DNA from: Eledone cirrhosa
Taxonomy: Eukaryota
Direction of reading: 5' to 3'
NCBI GenBank assembly: GCA_964016885.1
Contig: OZ024754.1
Coordinates: forward strand, 19,530,001 to 19,594,000
DNA: 64,000 nucleotides
Shown here: piece after piece, positions 43,801-58,300 of the stretch
Numbering within the stretch: position 1 is the stretch's first letter
How the letters are laid out: every line of letters starts with the position of its first letter
Translations under genes and position numbers: made by a program
The notes under the pieces: model-generated
What the model saw: the letters and a program-made list of their open reading frames with translations, nothing else
What the model was told of the DNA's origin: nothing
Databases searched by the model: none

Positions 43801-46194
43801 GTTTCAACACAGTCAAAAATCAAGTCAATTAGCATGGATGTATAACTGTGGCTAAAATGACTCTTCCATGATATAGTTACTTTAGTTTCAACACAGTCTC
43901 AGATCAAGTCACTTACCAGACATGTACAACTGTGGCTAAAATGACTCTTCCATGATATAGTTACTTTAGTTTGAACACAGTCTTAGATCAAGTCACTTGC
44001 CAGACATGTACAACAGTGGCTAAAATAACTCTTCCATGATATAGTTACTTTAGTTTCAACACGGTCTCAGATCAAGTCACTTGCCAGACATGTACAACTG
44101 TGGCTAAAATAACTCTTCCATGATATAGTTACTTTAGTTTCAACACAGTCTCAGATCAAGTCACTTGCCAGGCATCTACAACTGTGGCTAAAATGACTCT
44201 ACCATGATATAGTTACTTTAGTTTCAACACGTTCACAGATCAAGTCACTTGCCAGACATATATAACTGTGGCTAAAATGACTATCCATGATATAGTTACT
44301 TTAGTTTCAACACAGTCACAGATCAAGTCACTTACCAGACATGTAAAACTGTAGCTAACATGACTCTTCCATGATATAGTTACTTTAGTTTCAACACAGT
44401 CTCAGATCAAGTGACTTTCTAGACATGTACAACTGTGGCTAAAATGACTCTTCCATGATATAGTTACTTTAGTTTCAACACAAACTCAGATCAAGTCACT
44501 TGTCAGACATCTACAACTGTGGCTAAAATGACTCTACCATGATATAGTTACTTTAGTTTCAACACAGTCTCAGATCAGGTCACTTGCCAGACATGTACAA
44601 CTGTGGCTAAAATGACTCTTCCATGATACAGTTACTTTAGTTTGAACACAGTCTTAGATCAAGTCATTGACCAGACATGTACAACTGTGGCTTAAATGAC
44701 TCTTCCATGATATAGTTACTTTAGTTTGAACACAGTCTTAGATCAAGTCACTTGCCAGACATGTACAACTGTGGCTAAAATAACTCTTCAATGATATAGT
44801 TACTTTAGTTTCAACACAGTCTCAGCTCAAGTCACTTGCCAGACATGTGCAACTGTGGCTAAAATGACTCTTCCATGATACAGTTACTTTAGTTTGAACA
44901 CAGTCTTAGATCAAGTCACTGACCAGACATGTACAACTGTGGCTAAAATGACTCTTCCATGATATAGTTACTTTAGTTTCAACACAGTCTCAGATAAAGT
45001 CACTTGCCAGACATGTACAACTGTGACTAAATTGATTCTTCCATGATATAGTTACTTTAGTTTCAACACAATCTCAGATCAAGTCACTTGCCTGACATCA
45101 ACAACTGTGGCTAAAATGACTCTTCCATGATATAGTTACTTTAGTTTCAACACAGTCGCAGATCAAGTCACTTGCCAGACATGTACAACTGTGGCTAAAA
45201 TGACTCTTCCATGTTATAGTTACTTTAGTTTCAACACAATCTCAGATCAAGTCACTTACCATACATGTACAACTGTGGCTAGAATGACTCTTCCATGATA
45301 TAGTTACTTTAGTTTCAACACAGTCTCAGATCAAGTCACTTGCCAGACATGGACAACTGTGACTAAAATGATTCTTCCATGATATAGTTACTTTAGTTTC
45401 AACGCAGTCACAGATCATGTGTCTTGCCAGACATGTACAACAATAGCTAAAATGACTCTTCCATGATATAGTTACTTTAGTTTCAACACAACCTCAGATC
45501 AAGTCACTTGCCAGACATCTACAACTCTGGCTAGAATGACTCGTCAATGATATAGTTACTTTAGTTTAAACACAATCTCAGATCAAGTCACTTGCCAGAC
45601 ATCTACAACTGGGGTCTAAAATGAATCTTCCATGATATAGTTACTTTAGTTTCAACAAAATCTCAGATCAAGTCACTTACCAGACATGTACAACTGTGGC
45701 TAGAATGACTCTTCAATGATATAGTTAGTTTAGTTTCAACACAATCTCAGATCAAGTCACTTGCCAGACATGTACAACTGTGGCTGAAATGACTCTTCCA
45801 TGATATAGTTACTTTAGTTTGAACACAGTCTTAGATCAAGTCACTTGCCAGACATGTACAACTGTGGCTAAAATAACTCTTCCATGATATAGTTACTTTA
45901 GTTTCAACACAGTCTCAGATAAACTCACTTGCCAGACATGTACAACTGTGGCTAAAATGACTGTTCCATGATATAGTTACTTTAGTTTCAACACAGTCTC
46001 AGATCAAGTCACTTGCCAGACATGTACAACTGTGGCTAAAATGACTTTTCCATGATATAGTTACTTTAGTTTCAACACAGTCACAAATCAAATCACTTAC
46101 CAGGGATGTACAACTGTGGCTAAAATGACTCCTCCATGATATAGTTACTTTAGTTTCAACACAGTCTCAGATCAAGTCACTTGCCAGACATGTA

Positions 46195-49100
46195 CAACTG
46201 TGGCTAAAATGACTCTTCCATGATATAGTTACTTTAGTTTCAACACATTCACAGATCAAGTCACTTGCCAGACATGTACAACTGTGGCTAAAATGACTAT
46301 CCATGATATAGTTACTTCAGTTTCAACACAGTCACAGATCAAGACACTTACCAGACATGTAAAACTGTAGCTAACATGACTCTTCCATGAAATAGTTACT
46401 TTAGTTTCAACACAATCTCAGATCAAGTCACTTGCCTGACATCAACAACTGTGGCTAAAATGACTCTTCCATGATATAGTTACTTTAGTTTCAACACAGT
46501 CTCAGATCAAGTCACTTGCCAGACATGTACAACTGTGGCTAAAATGACTCTTCCATGTTATAGTTACTTTAGTTTCAACACAATCTCAGATCAAGTCACT
46601 TGCCAGACATGTACAACTGTGGCTAGAATGACTCTTCCATGATATAGTTACTTTAGTTTGAACACAGTCTTAGATCAAGTCACTTGCCAGACATGTAAAA
46701 CTGTGGCTAAAATAAATCTTCCATGATATAGTTACTTTAGTTTCAACACAGTCTCAGATAAACTCACTTGCCAGACATGTACAACTGTGGCTAAAATGAC
46801 TGTTCCATGATATAGTTACTTTAGTTTCAACACAGTCTCAGATCAAGTCACTTGCCAGACATGTACAACTGTGACTAAATTGATTCTTCCATGATATAGT
46901 TACTTTAGTTTCAACACAGTCTCAGATCAAGTCACTTGCCAGACATCTACAACTGTGGCTAAAATGACTCTTCCATGATATAGTTACTTTAGTGTCAACA
47001 CAGTCTCAGATCAAGTCACTTGCCTGACATGTACAACCCTGGCTAAAATGACACTTCCATTATATAGTTACTTTAGTTTAAACACAATCTCAGATCAAGT
47101 CACTTACCATACATGTACAACTGTGGCTAGAATGACTCTTCCATGATATAGTTACTTTAGTTTCAACACAATCTCAGATCAAGTCACTTGCCAGACATGT
47201 GCAACTGTGGCTAGAATGACTCTTCAATGATATAGTTAGTTTAGTTTCAACACAATCTCAGATCAAGTCACTTGCCAGACATCTACAACTGGGGCTAAAA
47301 TGACTCTTCCATGATACAGTTACTTTAGTTTGAACACAGTCTTAGAGCAAGTCACTGACCAGACATGTACAACTGTGGCTAAAATGAATCTTCCATGATA
47401 TAGTTACTTTAGTGTCCACACATTCACAGATCAAGTCACTTGCCAGACATGTACAACTGTGGCTAAAATGAATATCCATGATATAGTTACTTTAGTTTCA
47501 ACACAGTCACAGATCAAGTCACTTACCAGACATATAAAACTGTAGCTAACATGACTCTTCCATGATATAGTTACTTTAGTTTCAACACAGTCTCAGATCA
47601 AGTCACTTGTCAGACATGTACAACTGTGGCTAAAATGACTCTTCCATGATATAGTTACTTTAGTTTGAACGCAGTCTCAGATAAAGTCACTTGCCAGACA
47701 TGTACAACTGTGGCTAAAATGACTCTTCCATGATATAGTTACTTTAGTTTCAACACAGTCTCAGATAAAGTCACTTGCCAGACATGTACAACTGTGACTA
47801 AATTGATTCTTCCATGATATAGTTACTTTAGTTTCAACACAATCTCAGATCAAGTCACTTGCCTGACATCAACAACTGTGGCTAAAATGACTCTTCCATG
47901 ATATAGTTACTTTAGTTTCAACACAGTCTCAGATAAAGTCACTTGCCAGACATGTACAACTGTGACTAAATTGATTCTTCCATGATATAGTTACTTTAGT
48001 TTCAACACAATCTCAGATCAAGTCACTTGCCTGACATCAACAACTGTGGCTAAAATGACTCTTCCATGATATAGTTACTTTAGTTTCAACACAGTCGCAG
48101 ATCAAGTCACTTGACAGACATGTACAACTGTGGCTAAAATGACTCTTCCATGTTATAGTTACTTTAGTTTCAACACAATCTCAGATCAAGTCACTTACCA
48201 TACATGTACAACTGTGGCTAGAATGACTCTTCCATGATATAGTTACTTTAGTTTCAACACAGTCTCAGATCAAGTCACTTGCCAGACATGGACAACTGTG
48301 ACTAAAATGATTCTTCCATGATATAGTTACTTTAGTTTCAACGCAGTCACAGATCATGTGTCTTGCCAGACATGTACAACAATAGCTAAAATGACTCTTC
48401 CATGATATAGTTACTTTAGTTTCAACACAACCTCAGATCAAGTCACTTGCCAGACATCTACAACTCTGGCTAGAATGACTCGTCAATGATATAGTTACTT
48501 TAGTTTAAACACAATCTCAGATCAAGTCACTTGCCAGACATCTACAACTGGGGTCTAAAATGACTCTTCCATGATATAGTTACTTTAGTTTCAACAAAAT
48601 CTCAGATCAAGTCACTTACCAGACATGTACAACTGTGGCTAGAATGACTCTTCAATGATATAGTTACTTTAGTTTCAACACAATCTCAGATCAAGTCACT
48701 TGCCAGACATGTACAACTGTGGCTGAAATGACTCTTCCATGATATAGTTACTTTAGTTTGAACACAGTCTTAGATCAAGTCACTTGCCAGACATGTACAA
48801 CTGTGGCTAAAATAATTCTTCCATGATATAGTTACTTTAGTTTCAACACAGTCTCAGATAAACTCACTTGCCAGACATGTACAACTGTGGCTAAAATGAC
48901 TGTTCCATGATATAGTTACTTTAGTTTCAACACAGTCTCAGATCAAGTCACTTGCCAGACATGTACAACTGTGGCTAAAATGACTTTTCCATGATATAGT
49001 TACTTTAGTTTCAACACAGTCACAAATCAAATCACTTACCAGGGATGTACAACTGTGGCTAAAATGACTCCTCCATGATATAGTTACTTTAGTTTCAACA

Positions 49101-52100
49101 CAGTCTCAGATCAAGTCACTTGCCAGACATGTACAACTGTGGCTAAAATGACTCTTCCATGATATAGTTACTTTAGTTTCAACACATTCACAGATCAAGT
49201 CACTTGCCAGACATGTACAACTGTGGCTAAAATGACTATCCATGATATAGTTACTTCAGTTTCAACACAGTCACAGATCAAGACACTTACCAGACATGTA
49301 AAACTGTAGCTAACATGACTCTTCCATGATATAGTTACTTTAGTTTCAACACAGTCTCAGATTAAGTCACTTGTCAGACATGTACAACTGTGGCTAAAAT
49401 GACTCTTCCATGATATAGTTACTTTAGTTTCAACACAGTCTTAGATCAAATCACTTGCCAGACATGTACAACTGTGGCTAAAATAACTCTTCCATGATAT
49501 AGTTACTTTAGTTTCAACACAGTCTCAGATCAAGTCACTTGCCAGACATGTACAACTGTGGCTAAAATGACTCTTCCATGATACAGTTACTTTAATTTGA
49601 ACGCAGTCTTAGATCAAGTCATTGACCAGACATGTACAACTGTGGCTAGAATAACTCTTCAATGATATAGTTACTTTAGTTTCAACACAATCTCAGATCA
49701 AATAACTTGCCTGACATCAACAACTGTGGCTAAAATGAGTCTTCCATGATATAGTTACTTTAGTTTCAACACATTCACAGATCAAGTCACTTGCCAGACA
49801 TGTACAACTGTGGCTAAAATGACTATCCATGATATAGTTACTTCAGTTTCAACACAGTCACAGATCAAGACACTTACCAGACATGTAAAACTGTAGCTAA
49901 CATGACTCTTCCATGAAATAGTTACTTTAGTTTCAACACAATCTCAGATCAAGTCACTTGCCTGACATCAACAACTGTGGCTAAAATGACTCTTCCATGA
50001 TATAGTTACTTTAGTTTCAACACAGTCTCAGATCAAGTCACTTGCCAGACATGTACAACTGTGGCTAAAATGACTCTTCCATGTTATAGTTACTTTAGTT
50101 TCAACACAATCTCAGATCAAGTCACTTGCCAGACATGTACAACTGTGGCTAGAATGACTCTTCCATGATATAGTTACTTTAGTTTGAACACAGTCTTAGA
50201 TCAAGTCACTTGCCAGACATGTACAACTGTGGCTAAAATAAATCTTCCATGATATAGTTACTTTAGTTTCAACACAGTCTCAGATAAACTCACTTGCCAG
50301 ACATGTACAACTGTGGCTAAAATGACTGTTCCATGATATAGTTACTTTAGTTTCAACACAGTCTCAGATCAAGTCACTTGCCAGACATGTACAACTGTGA
50401 CTAAATTGATTCTTCCATGATATAGTTACTTTAGTTTCAACACAGTCTCAGATCAAGTCACTTGCCAGACATCTACAACTGTGGCTAAAATGACTCTTCC
50501 ATGATATAGTTACTTTAGTGTCAACACAGTCTCAGATCAAGTCACTTGCCTGACATGTACAACCCTGGCTAAAATGACACTTCCATTATATAGTTACTTT
50601 AGTTTAAACACAATCTCAGATCAAGTCACTTACCATACATGTACAACTGTGGCTAGAATGACTCTTCCATGATATAGTTACTTTAGTTTCAACACAATCT
50701 CAGATCAAGTCACTTGCCAGACATGTGCAACTGTGGCTAGAATGACTCTTCAATGATATAGTTAGTTTAGTTTCAACACAATCTCAGATCAAGTCACTTG
50801 CCAGACATCTACAACTGGGGCTAAAATGACTCTTCCATGATACAGTTACTTTAGTTTGAACACAGTCTTAGAGCAAGTCACTGACCAGACATGTACAACT
50901 GTGGCTAAAATGAATCTTCCATGATATAGTTACTTTAGTGTCCACACATTCACAGATCAAGTCACTTGCCAGACATGTACAACTGTGGCTAAAATGAATA
51001 TCCATGATATAGTTACTTTAGTTTCAACACAGTCACAGATCAAGTCACTTACCAGACATATAAAACTGTAGCTAACATGACTCTTCCATGATATAGTTAC
51101 TTTAGTTTCAACACAGTCTCAGATCAAGTCACTTGTCAGACATGTACAACTGTGGCTAAAATGACTCTTCCATGATATAGTTACTTTAGTTTGAACACAG
51201 TCTCAGATCAAGTCACTTGCCAGACATGTACAACTGTGGCTAAAATGACTCTTCCATGATATAGTTACTTTAGTTTCAACACAGTCTCAGATAAAGTCAC
51301 TTGCCAGACATGTACAACTGTGACTAAATTGATTCTTCCATGATATAGTTACTTTAGTTTCAACACAATCTCAGATCAAGTCACTTGCCTGACATCAACA
51401 ACTGTGGCTAAAATGACTCTTCCATGATATAGTTACTTTAGTTTCAACACAGTCTCAGATAAAGTCACTTGCCAGACATGTACAACTGTGACTAAATTGA
51501 TTCTTCCATGATATAGTTACTTTAGTTTCAACACAATCTCAGATCAAGTCACTTGCCTGACATCAACAACTGTGGCTAAAATGACTCTTCCATGATATAG
51601 TTACTTTAGTTTCAACACAGTCGCAGATCAAGTCACTTGCCAGACATGTACAACTGTGGCTAAAATGACTCTTCCATGTTACAGTTACTTTAGTTTCAAC
51701 ACAATCTCAGATCAAGTCACTTACCATACATGTACAACTGTGGCTAGAATGACTCTTCCATGATATAGTTACTTTAGTTTCAACACAGTCTCAGATCAAG
51801 TCACTTGCCAGACATGGACAACTGTGACTAAAATGATTCTTCCATGATATAGTTACTTTAGTTTCAACGCAGTCACAGATCATGTGTCTTGCCAGACATG
51901 TACAACAATAGCTAAAATGACTCTTCCATGATATAGTTACTTTAGTTTCAACACAACCTCAGATCAAGTCACTTGCCAGACATCTACAACTCTGGCTAGA
52001 ATGACTCGTCAATGATATAGTTACTTTAGTTTAAACACAATCTCAGATCAAGTCACTTGCCAGACATCTACAACTGGGGTCTAAAATGACTCTTCCATGA

Positions 52101-54045
52101 TATAGTTACTTTAGTTTCAACAAAATCTCAGATCAAGTCACTTACCAGACATGTACAACTGTGGCTAGAATGACTCTTCAATGATATAGTTACTTTAGTT
52201 TCAACACAATCTCAGATCAAGTCACTTGCCAGACATGTACAACTGTGGCTGAAATGACTCTTCCATGATATAGTTACTTTAGTTTGAACACAGTCTTAGA
52301 TCAAGTCACTTGCCAGACATGTACAACTGTGGCTAAAATAACTCTTCCATGATATAGTTACTTTAGTTTCAACACAGTCTCAGATAAACTCACTTGCCAG
52401 ACATGTACAACTGTGGCTAAAATGACTGTTCCATGATATAGTTACTTTAGTTTCAACACAGTCTCAGATCAAGTCACTTGCCAGACATGTACAACTGTGG
52501 CTAAAATGACTTTTCCATGATATAGTTACTTTAGTTTCAACACAGTCACAAATCAAATCACTTACCAGGGATGTACAACTGTGGCTAAAATGACTCCTCC
52601 ATGATATAGTTACTTTAGTTTCAACACAGTCTCAGATCAAGTCACTTGCCAGACATGTACAACTGTGGCTAAAATGACTCTTCCATGATATAGTTACTTT
52701 AGTTTCAACACATTCACAGATCAAGTCACTTGCCAGACATGTACAACTGTGGCTAAAATGACTATCCATGATATAGTTACTTCAGTTTCAACACAGTCAC
52801 AGATCAAGACACTTACCAGACATGTAAAACTGTAGCTAACATGACTCTTCCATGATATAGTTACTTTAGTTTCAACACAGTCTCAGATTAAGTCACTTGT
52901 CAGACATGTACAACTGTGGCTAAAATGACTCTTCCATGATATAGTTACTTTAGTTTCAACACAGTCTTAGATCAAATCACTTGCCAGACATGTACAACTG
53001 TGGCTAAAATAACTCTTCCATGATATAGTTACTTTAGTTTCAACACAGTCTCAGATCAAGTCACTTGCCAGACATGTACAACTGTGGCTAAAATGACTCT
53101 TCCATGATACAGTTACTTTAGTTTGAACGCAGTCTTAGATCAAGTCATTGACCAGACATGTACAACTGTGGCTAGAATAACTTTTCAATGATATAGTTAC
53201 TTTAGTTTCAACACAATCTCAGATCAAATCACTTGCCTGACATCAACAACTGTGGCTAAAATGACTCTTCCATGATATAGTTACTTTAGTTTCAACACAT
53301 TCACAGATCAAGTCACTTGCCAGACATGTACAACTGTGGCTAAAATGACTATCCATGATATAGTTACTTCAGTTTCAACACAGTCACAGATCAAGACACT
53401 TACCAGACATGTAAAACTGTAGCTAACATGACTCTTCCATGAAATAGTTACTTTAGTTTCAACACAATCTCAGATCAAGTCACTTGCCTGACATCAACAA
53501 CTGTGGCTAAAATGACTCTTCCATGATATAGTTACTTTAGTTTCAACACAGTCTCAGATCAAGTCACTTGCCAGACATGTACAACTGTGGCTAAAATGAC
53601 TCTTCCATGTTATAGTTACTTTAGTTTCAACACAATCTCAGATCAAGTCACTTGCCAGACATGTACAACTGTGGCTAGAATGACTCTTCCATGATATAGT
53701 TACTTTAGTTTGAACACAGTCTTAGATCAAGTCACTTGCCAGACATGTACAACTGTGGCTAAAATAAATCTTCCATGATATAGTTACTTTAGTTTCAACA
53801 CAGTCTCAGATAAACTCACTTGCCAGACATGTACAACTGTGGCTAAAATGACTGTTCCATGATATAGTTACTTTAGTTTCAACACAGTCTCAGATCAAGT
53901 CACTTGCCAGACATGTACAACTGTGACTAAATTGATTCTTCCATGATATAGTTACTTTAGTTTCAACACAGTCTCAGATCAAGTCACTTGCCAGACATCT
54001 ACAACTGTGGCTAAAATGACTCTTCCATGATATAGTTACTTTAGT
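46195..54045. repeat. Higher-order duplication, period 3526 bp (42 monomers), ~2.2 copies
   Basis: GAAATAG variant at 46389, 49915 and 53441; GAGCAA at 47345 and 50871; GGGGTCTAAAA at 48550 and 52076. 42x84 - 2 = 3526. Confidence 0.92.
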
Positions 54046-55385
54046 TTCAACACATTCACAGATCAAGTCACTTGCCAGACATGTACAACTGTGGCTAAAA
54101 TGACTATCCATGATATAGTTACTTCAGTTTCAACACAGTCACAGATCAAGACACTTACCAGACATGTAAAACTGTAGCTAACATGACTCTTCCATGATAT
54201 AGTTACTTTAGTTTCAACACAGTCTCAGATTAAGTCACTTGTCAGACATGTACAACTGTGGCTAAAATGACTCTTCCATGATATAGTTACTTTAGTTTCA
54301 ACACAGTCTTAGATCAAATCACTTGCCAGACATGTACAACTGTGGCTAAAATAACTCTTCCATGATATAGTTACTTTAGTTTCAACACAGTCTCAGATCA
54401 AGTCACTTGCCAGACATGTACAACTGTGGCTAAAATGACTCTTCCATGATACAGTTACTTTAGTTTGAACGCAGTCTTAGATCAAGTCATTGACCAGACA
54501 TGTACAACTGTGGCTAGAATAACTTTTCAATGATATAGTTACTTTAGTTTCAACACAATCTCAGATCAAATCACTTGCCTGACATCAACAACTGTGGCTA
54601 AAATGACTCTTCCATGATATAGTTACTTTAGTTTCAACACATTCACAGATCAAGTCACTTGCCAGACATGTACAACTGTTACTAAAATGACTATCCATGA
54701 TATAGTTACTTCAGTTTCAACACAGTCACAGATCAAGACACTTACCAGACATGTAAAACTGTAGCTAACATGACTCTTCCATGAAATAGTTACTTTAGTT
54801 TCAACACAATCTCAGATCAAGTCACTTGCCTGACATCAACAACTGTGGCTAAAATGACTCTTCCATGATATAGTTACTTTAGTTTCAACACAGTCTCAGA
54901 TCAAGTCACTTGCCAGACATGTACAACTGTGGCTAAAATGACTCTTCCATGTTATAGTTACTTTAGTTTCAACACAATCTCAGATCAAGTCACTTGCCAG
55001 ACATGTACAACTGTGGCTAGAATGACTCTTCCATGATATATTTACTTTAGTTTGAACACAGTCTTAGATCAAGTCACTTGCCAGACATGTACAACTGTGG
55101 CTAAAATAAATCTTCCATGATATAGTTACTTTAGTTTCAACACAGTCTCAGATAAACTCACTTGCCAGACATGTACAACTGTGGCTAAAATGACTGTTCC
55201 ATGATATAGTTACTTTAGTTTCAACACAGTCTCAGATCAAGTCACTTGCCAGACATGTACAACTGTGACTAAATTGATTCTTCCATGATATAGTTACTTT
55301 AGTTTCAACACAGTCTCAGATCAAGTCACTTGCCAGACATCTACAACTGTGGCTAAAATGACTCTTCCATGATATAGTTACTTTA
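52700..55385. repeat. Tandem duplication, period 1342 bp (16 monomers), 2 copies
   Basis: AACTTTTCAA at 53179 and 54521; GAAATAG at 53441 and 54783. 16x84 - 2 = 1342. Confidence 0.88.
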
Positions 55386-58300
55386 GTGTCAACACAGTCT
55401 CAGATCAAGTCACTTGCCTGACATGTACAACCCTGGCTAAAATGACACTTCCATTATATAGTTACTTTAGTTTAAACACAATCTCAGATCAAGTCACTTA
55501 CCATACATGTACAACTGTGGCTAGAATGACTCTTCCATGATATAGTTACTTTAGTTTCAACACAATCTCAGATCAAGTCACTTGCCAGACATGTGCAACT
55601 GTGGCTAGAATGACTCTTCAATGATATAGTTAGTTTAGTTTCAACACAATCTCAGATCAAGTCACTTGCCAGACATCTACAACTGGGGCTAAAATGACTC
55701 TTCCATGATACAGTTACTTTAGTTTGAACACAGTCTTAGATCAAGTCACTGACCAGACATGTACAACTGTGGCTAAAATGAATCTTCCATGATATAGTTA
55801 CTTTAGTGTCCACACATTCACAGATCAAGTCACTTGCCAGACATGTACAACTGTGGCTAAAATGAATATCCATGATATAGTTACTTTAGTTTCAACACAG
55901 TCACAGATCAAGTCACTTACCAGACATATAAAACTGTAGCTAACATGACTCTTCCATGATATAGTTACTTTAGTTTCAACACAGTCTCAGATCATGTCAC
56001 TTGCCAGACATGTACAACTGTGGCTAAAATGACTTTTCCATGATATAGTTACTTTAGTTTCAACACAGTCACAAATCAAATCACTTACCAGGGATGTACA
56101 ACTGTGGCTAAATTGACTCTTCCATGATATAGTTACTTTAGTTTCAACACAGTCTCAGATCAAGTCACTTGCCAGACATGTACAACTGTGGCTAAAATGA
56201 CTCTTCCATGATATAGTTACTTTAGTTTCAACACATTCACAGATCAAGTCACTTGCCAGACATGTACAACTGTGGCTAAAATGACTATCCATGATATAGT
56301 TACTTCAGTTTCAACACAGTCACAGATCAAGACACTTACCAGACATGTAAAACTGTAGCTAACATGACTCTTCCATGATATAGTTACTTTAGTTTCAACA
56401 CAGTCTCAGATTAAGTCACTTGTCAGACATGTACAACTGTGGCTAAAATGACTCTTCCATGATATAGTTACTTTAGTTTCAACACAGTCTCAGATCAAGT
56501 CACTTGCCAGACATGTACAACTGTGGCTAAAATAACTCTTCCATGATATAGTTATTTTAGTTTCAACACAGTCTCAGATCAAGTCACTTGCCAGACATGT
56601 ACAACTGTGGCTAAAATGACTCTTCCATGATACCGTTACTTTATTTTGAACACAGTCTTAGATCAAGTCATTGACCAGACATGTACATCTGTGGCTTAAA
56701 TGACTCTTCCATGATATAGTTACTTTAGTTTGAACACAGTCTTAGATCAAGTCACTTGCCAGACATGTACAACTGTGGCTAAAATAACTCTTCAATGATA
56801 TAGTTACTTTAGTTTCAACACAGTCTCAGCTCAAGTCACTTGCCAGACATGTGCAACTGTGGCTAAAATGACTCTTCCATGATACAGTTACTTTAGTTTG
56901 AACACAGTCTTAGATCAAGTCACTGACCAGACATGTACAACTGTGGCTAAAATGAATCTTCCATGATATAGTTACTTTAGTTTCAACACATTCACAGATC
57001 AAGTCACTTGCCAGACATGTACAACTGTGGCTAAAATGACTCTTCCATGATATAGTTACTTTAGTTTCAACACAGTCTCAGATCATGTTACTTGCCAGAC
57101 ATGTACAACTGTGGCTAAAATGACTTTTCCATGATATAGTTACTTTAGTTTCAACACAGTCACAAATCAAATCACTTACCAGGGATGTACAACTGTGGCT
57201 AAATTGACTCTTCCATGATATAGTTACTTTAGTTTCAACACAGTCTCAGATCAAGTCACTTGCCAGACATGTACAACTGTGGCTAAAATGACTCTTCCAT
57301 GATATAGTTACTTTAGTTTCAACACATTCACAGATCAAGTCACTTGCCAGACATGTACAACTGTGGCTAAAATGACTATCCATGATATAGTTACTTCAGT
57401 TTCAACACAGTCACAGATCAAGACACTTACCAGACATGTAAAACTGTAGCTAACATGACTCTTCCATGATATAGTTACTTTAGTTTCAACACAGTCTCAG
57501 ATTAAGTCACTTGTCAGACATGTACAACTGTGGCTAAAATGACTCTTCCATGATATAGTTACTTTAGTTTCAACACAGTCTCAGATCAGGTCACTTGCCA
57601 GACATGTACAACTGTGGCTAAAATGACTTTTCCATGATATAGTTACTTTCGTTTCAACACAGTCACAAATCAAATCACTTACCAGGGATGTACAACTGTG
57701 GCTAAAATGACTCTTCCATGATATAGTTACTTTAGTTTCAACACATTCACAGATCAAGTCACTTGCCAGACATGTACAACTGTGGCTAAAATGACTATCC
57801 ATGATATAGTTACTTCAGTTTCAACACAGTCACAGATCAAGACACTTACCAGACATGTAAAACTCTAGCTAAAATGACTCTTCCATGATATAGTTACTTT
57901 AGTTTCAACACAGTCTTAGATCACGTCACTTGCCAGACATGTACAACTGTGGCTAAAATAACTCTTCCATGATATAGTTACTTTAGTTTCAACACAGTCT
58001 CAGATCAAGTCACTTGCCAGACATGTACAACTGTTGCTAAAATGACTCTTCCATGATACAGTTACTTTAGTTTGAACACAGTCTTAGATCAAGTCATTGA
58101 CCAGACATGTACAACTGTGGCTTAAATGACTCTTCCATGATATAGTTACTTTAGGTTGAACACAGTCTTCGATCAAGTCACTTGCCAGACATGTACAACT
58201 TTGGCTAAAATAACTCTTCAATGATATAGTTACTTTAGTTTCAACACAGTCTCAGCTCAAGTCACTTGCCAGACATGTGCAACTGTGGCTAAATTGACTC

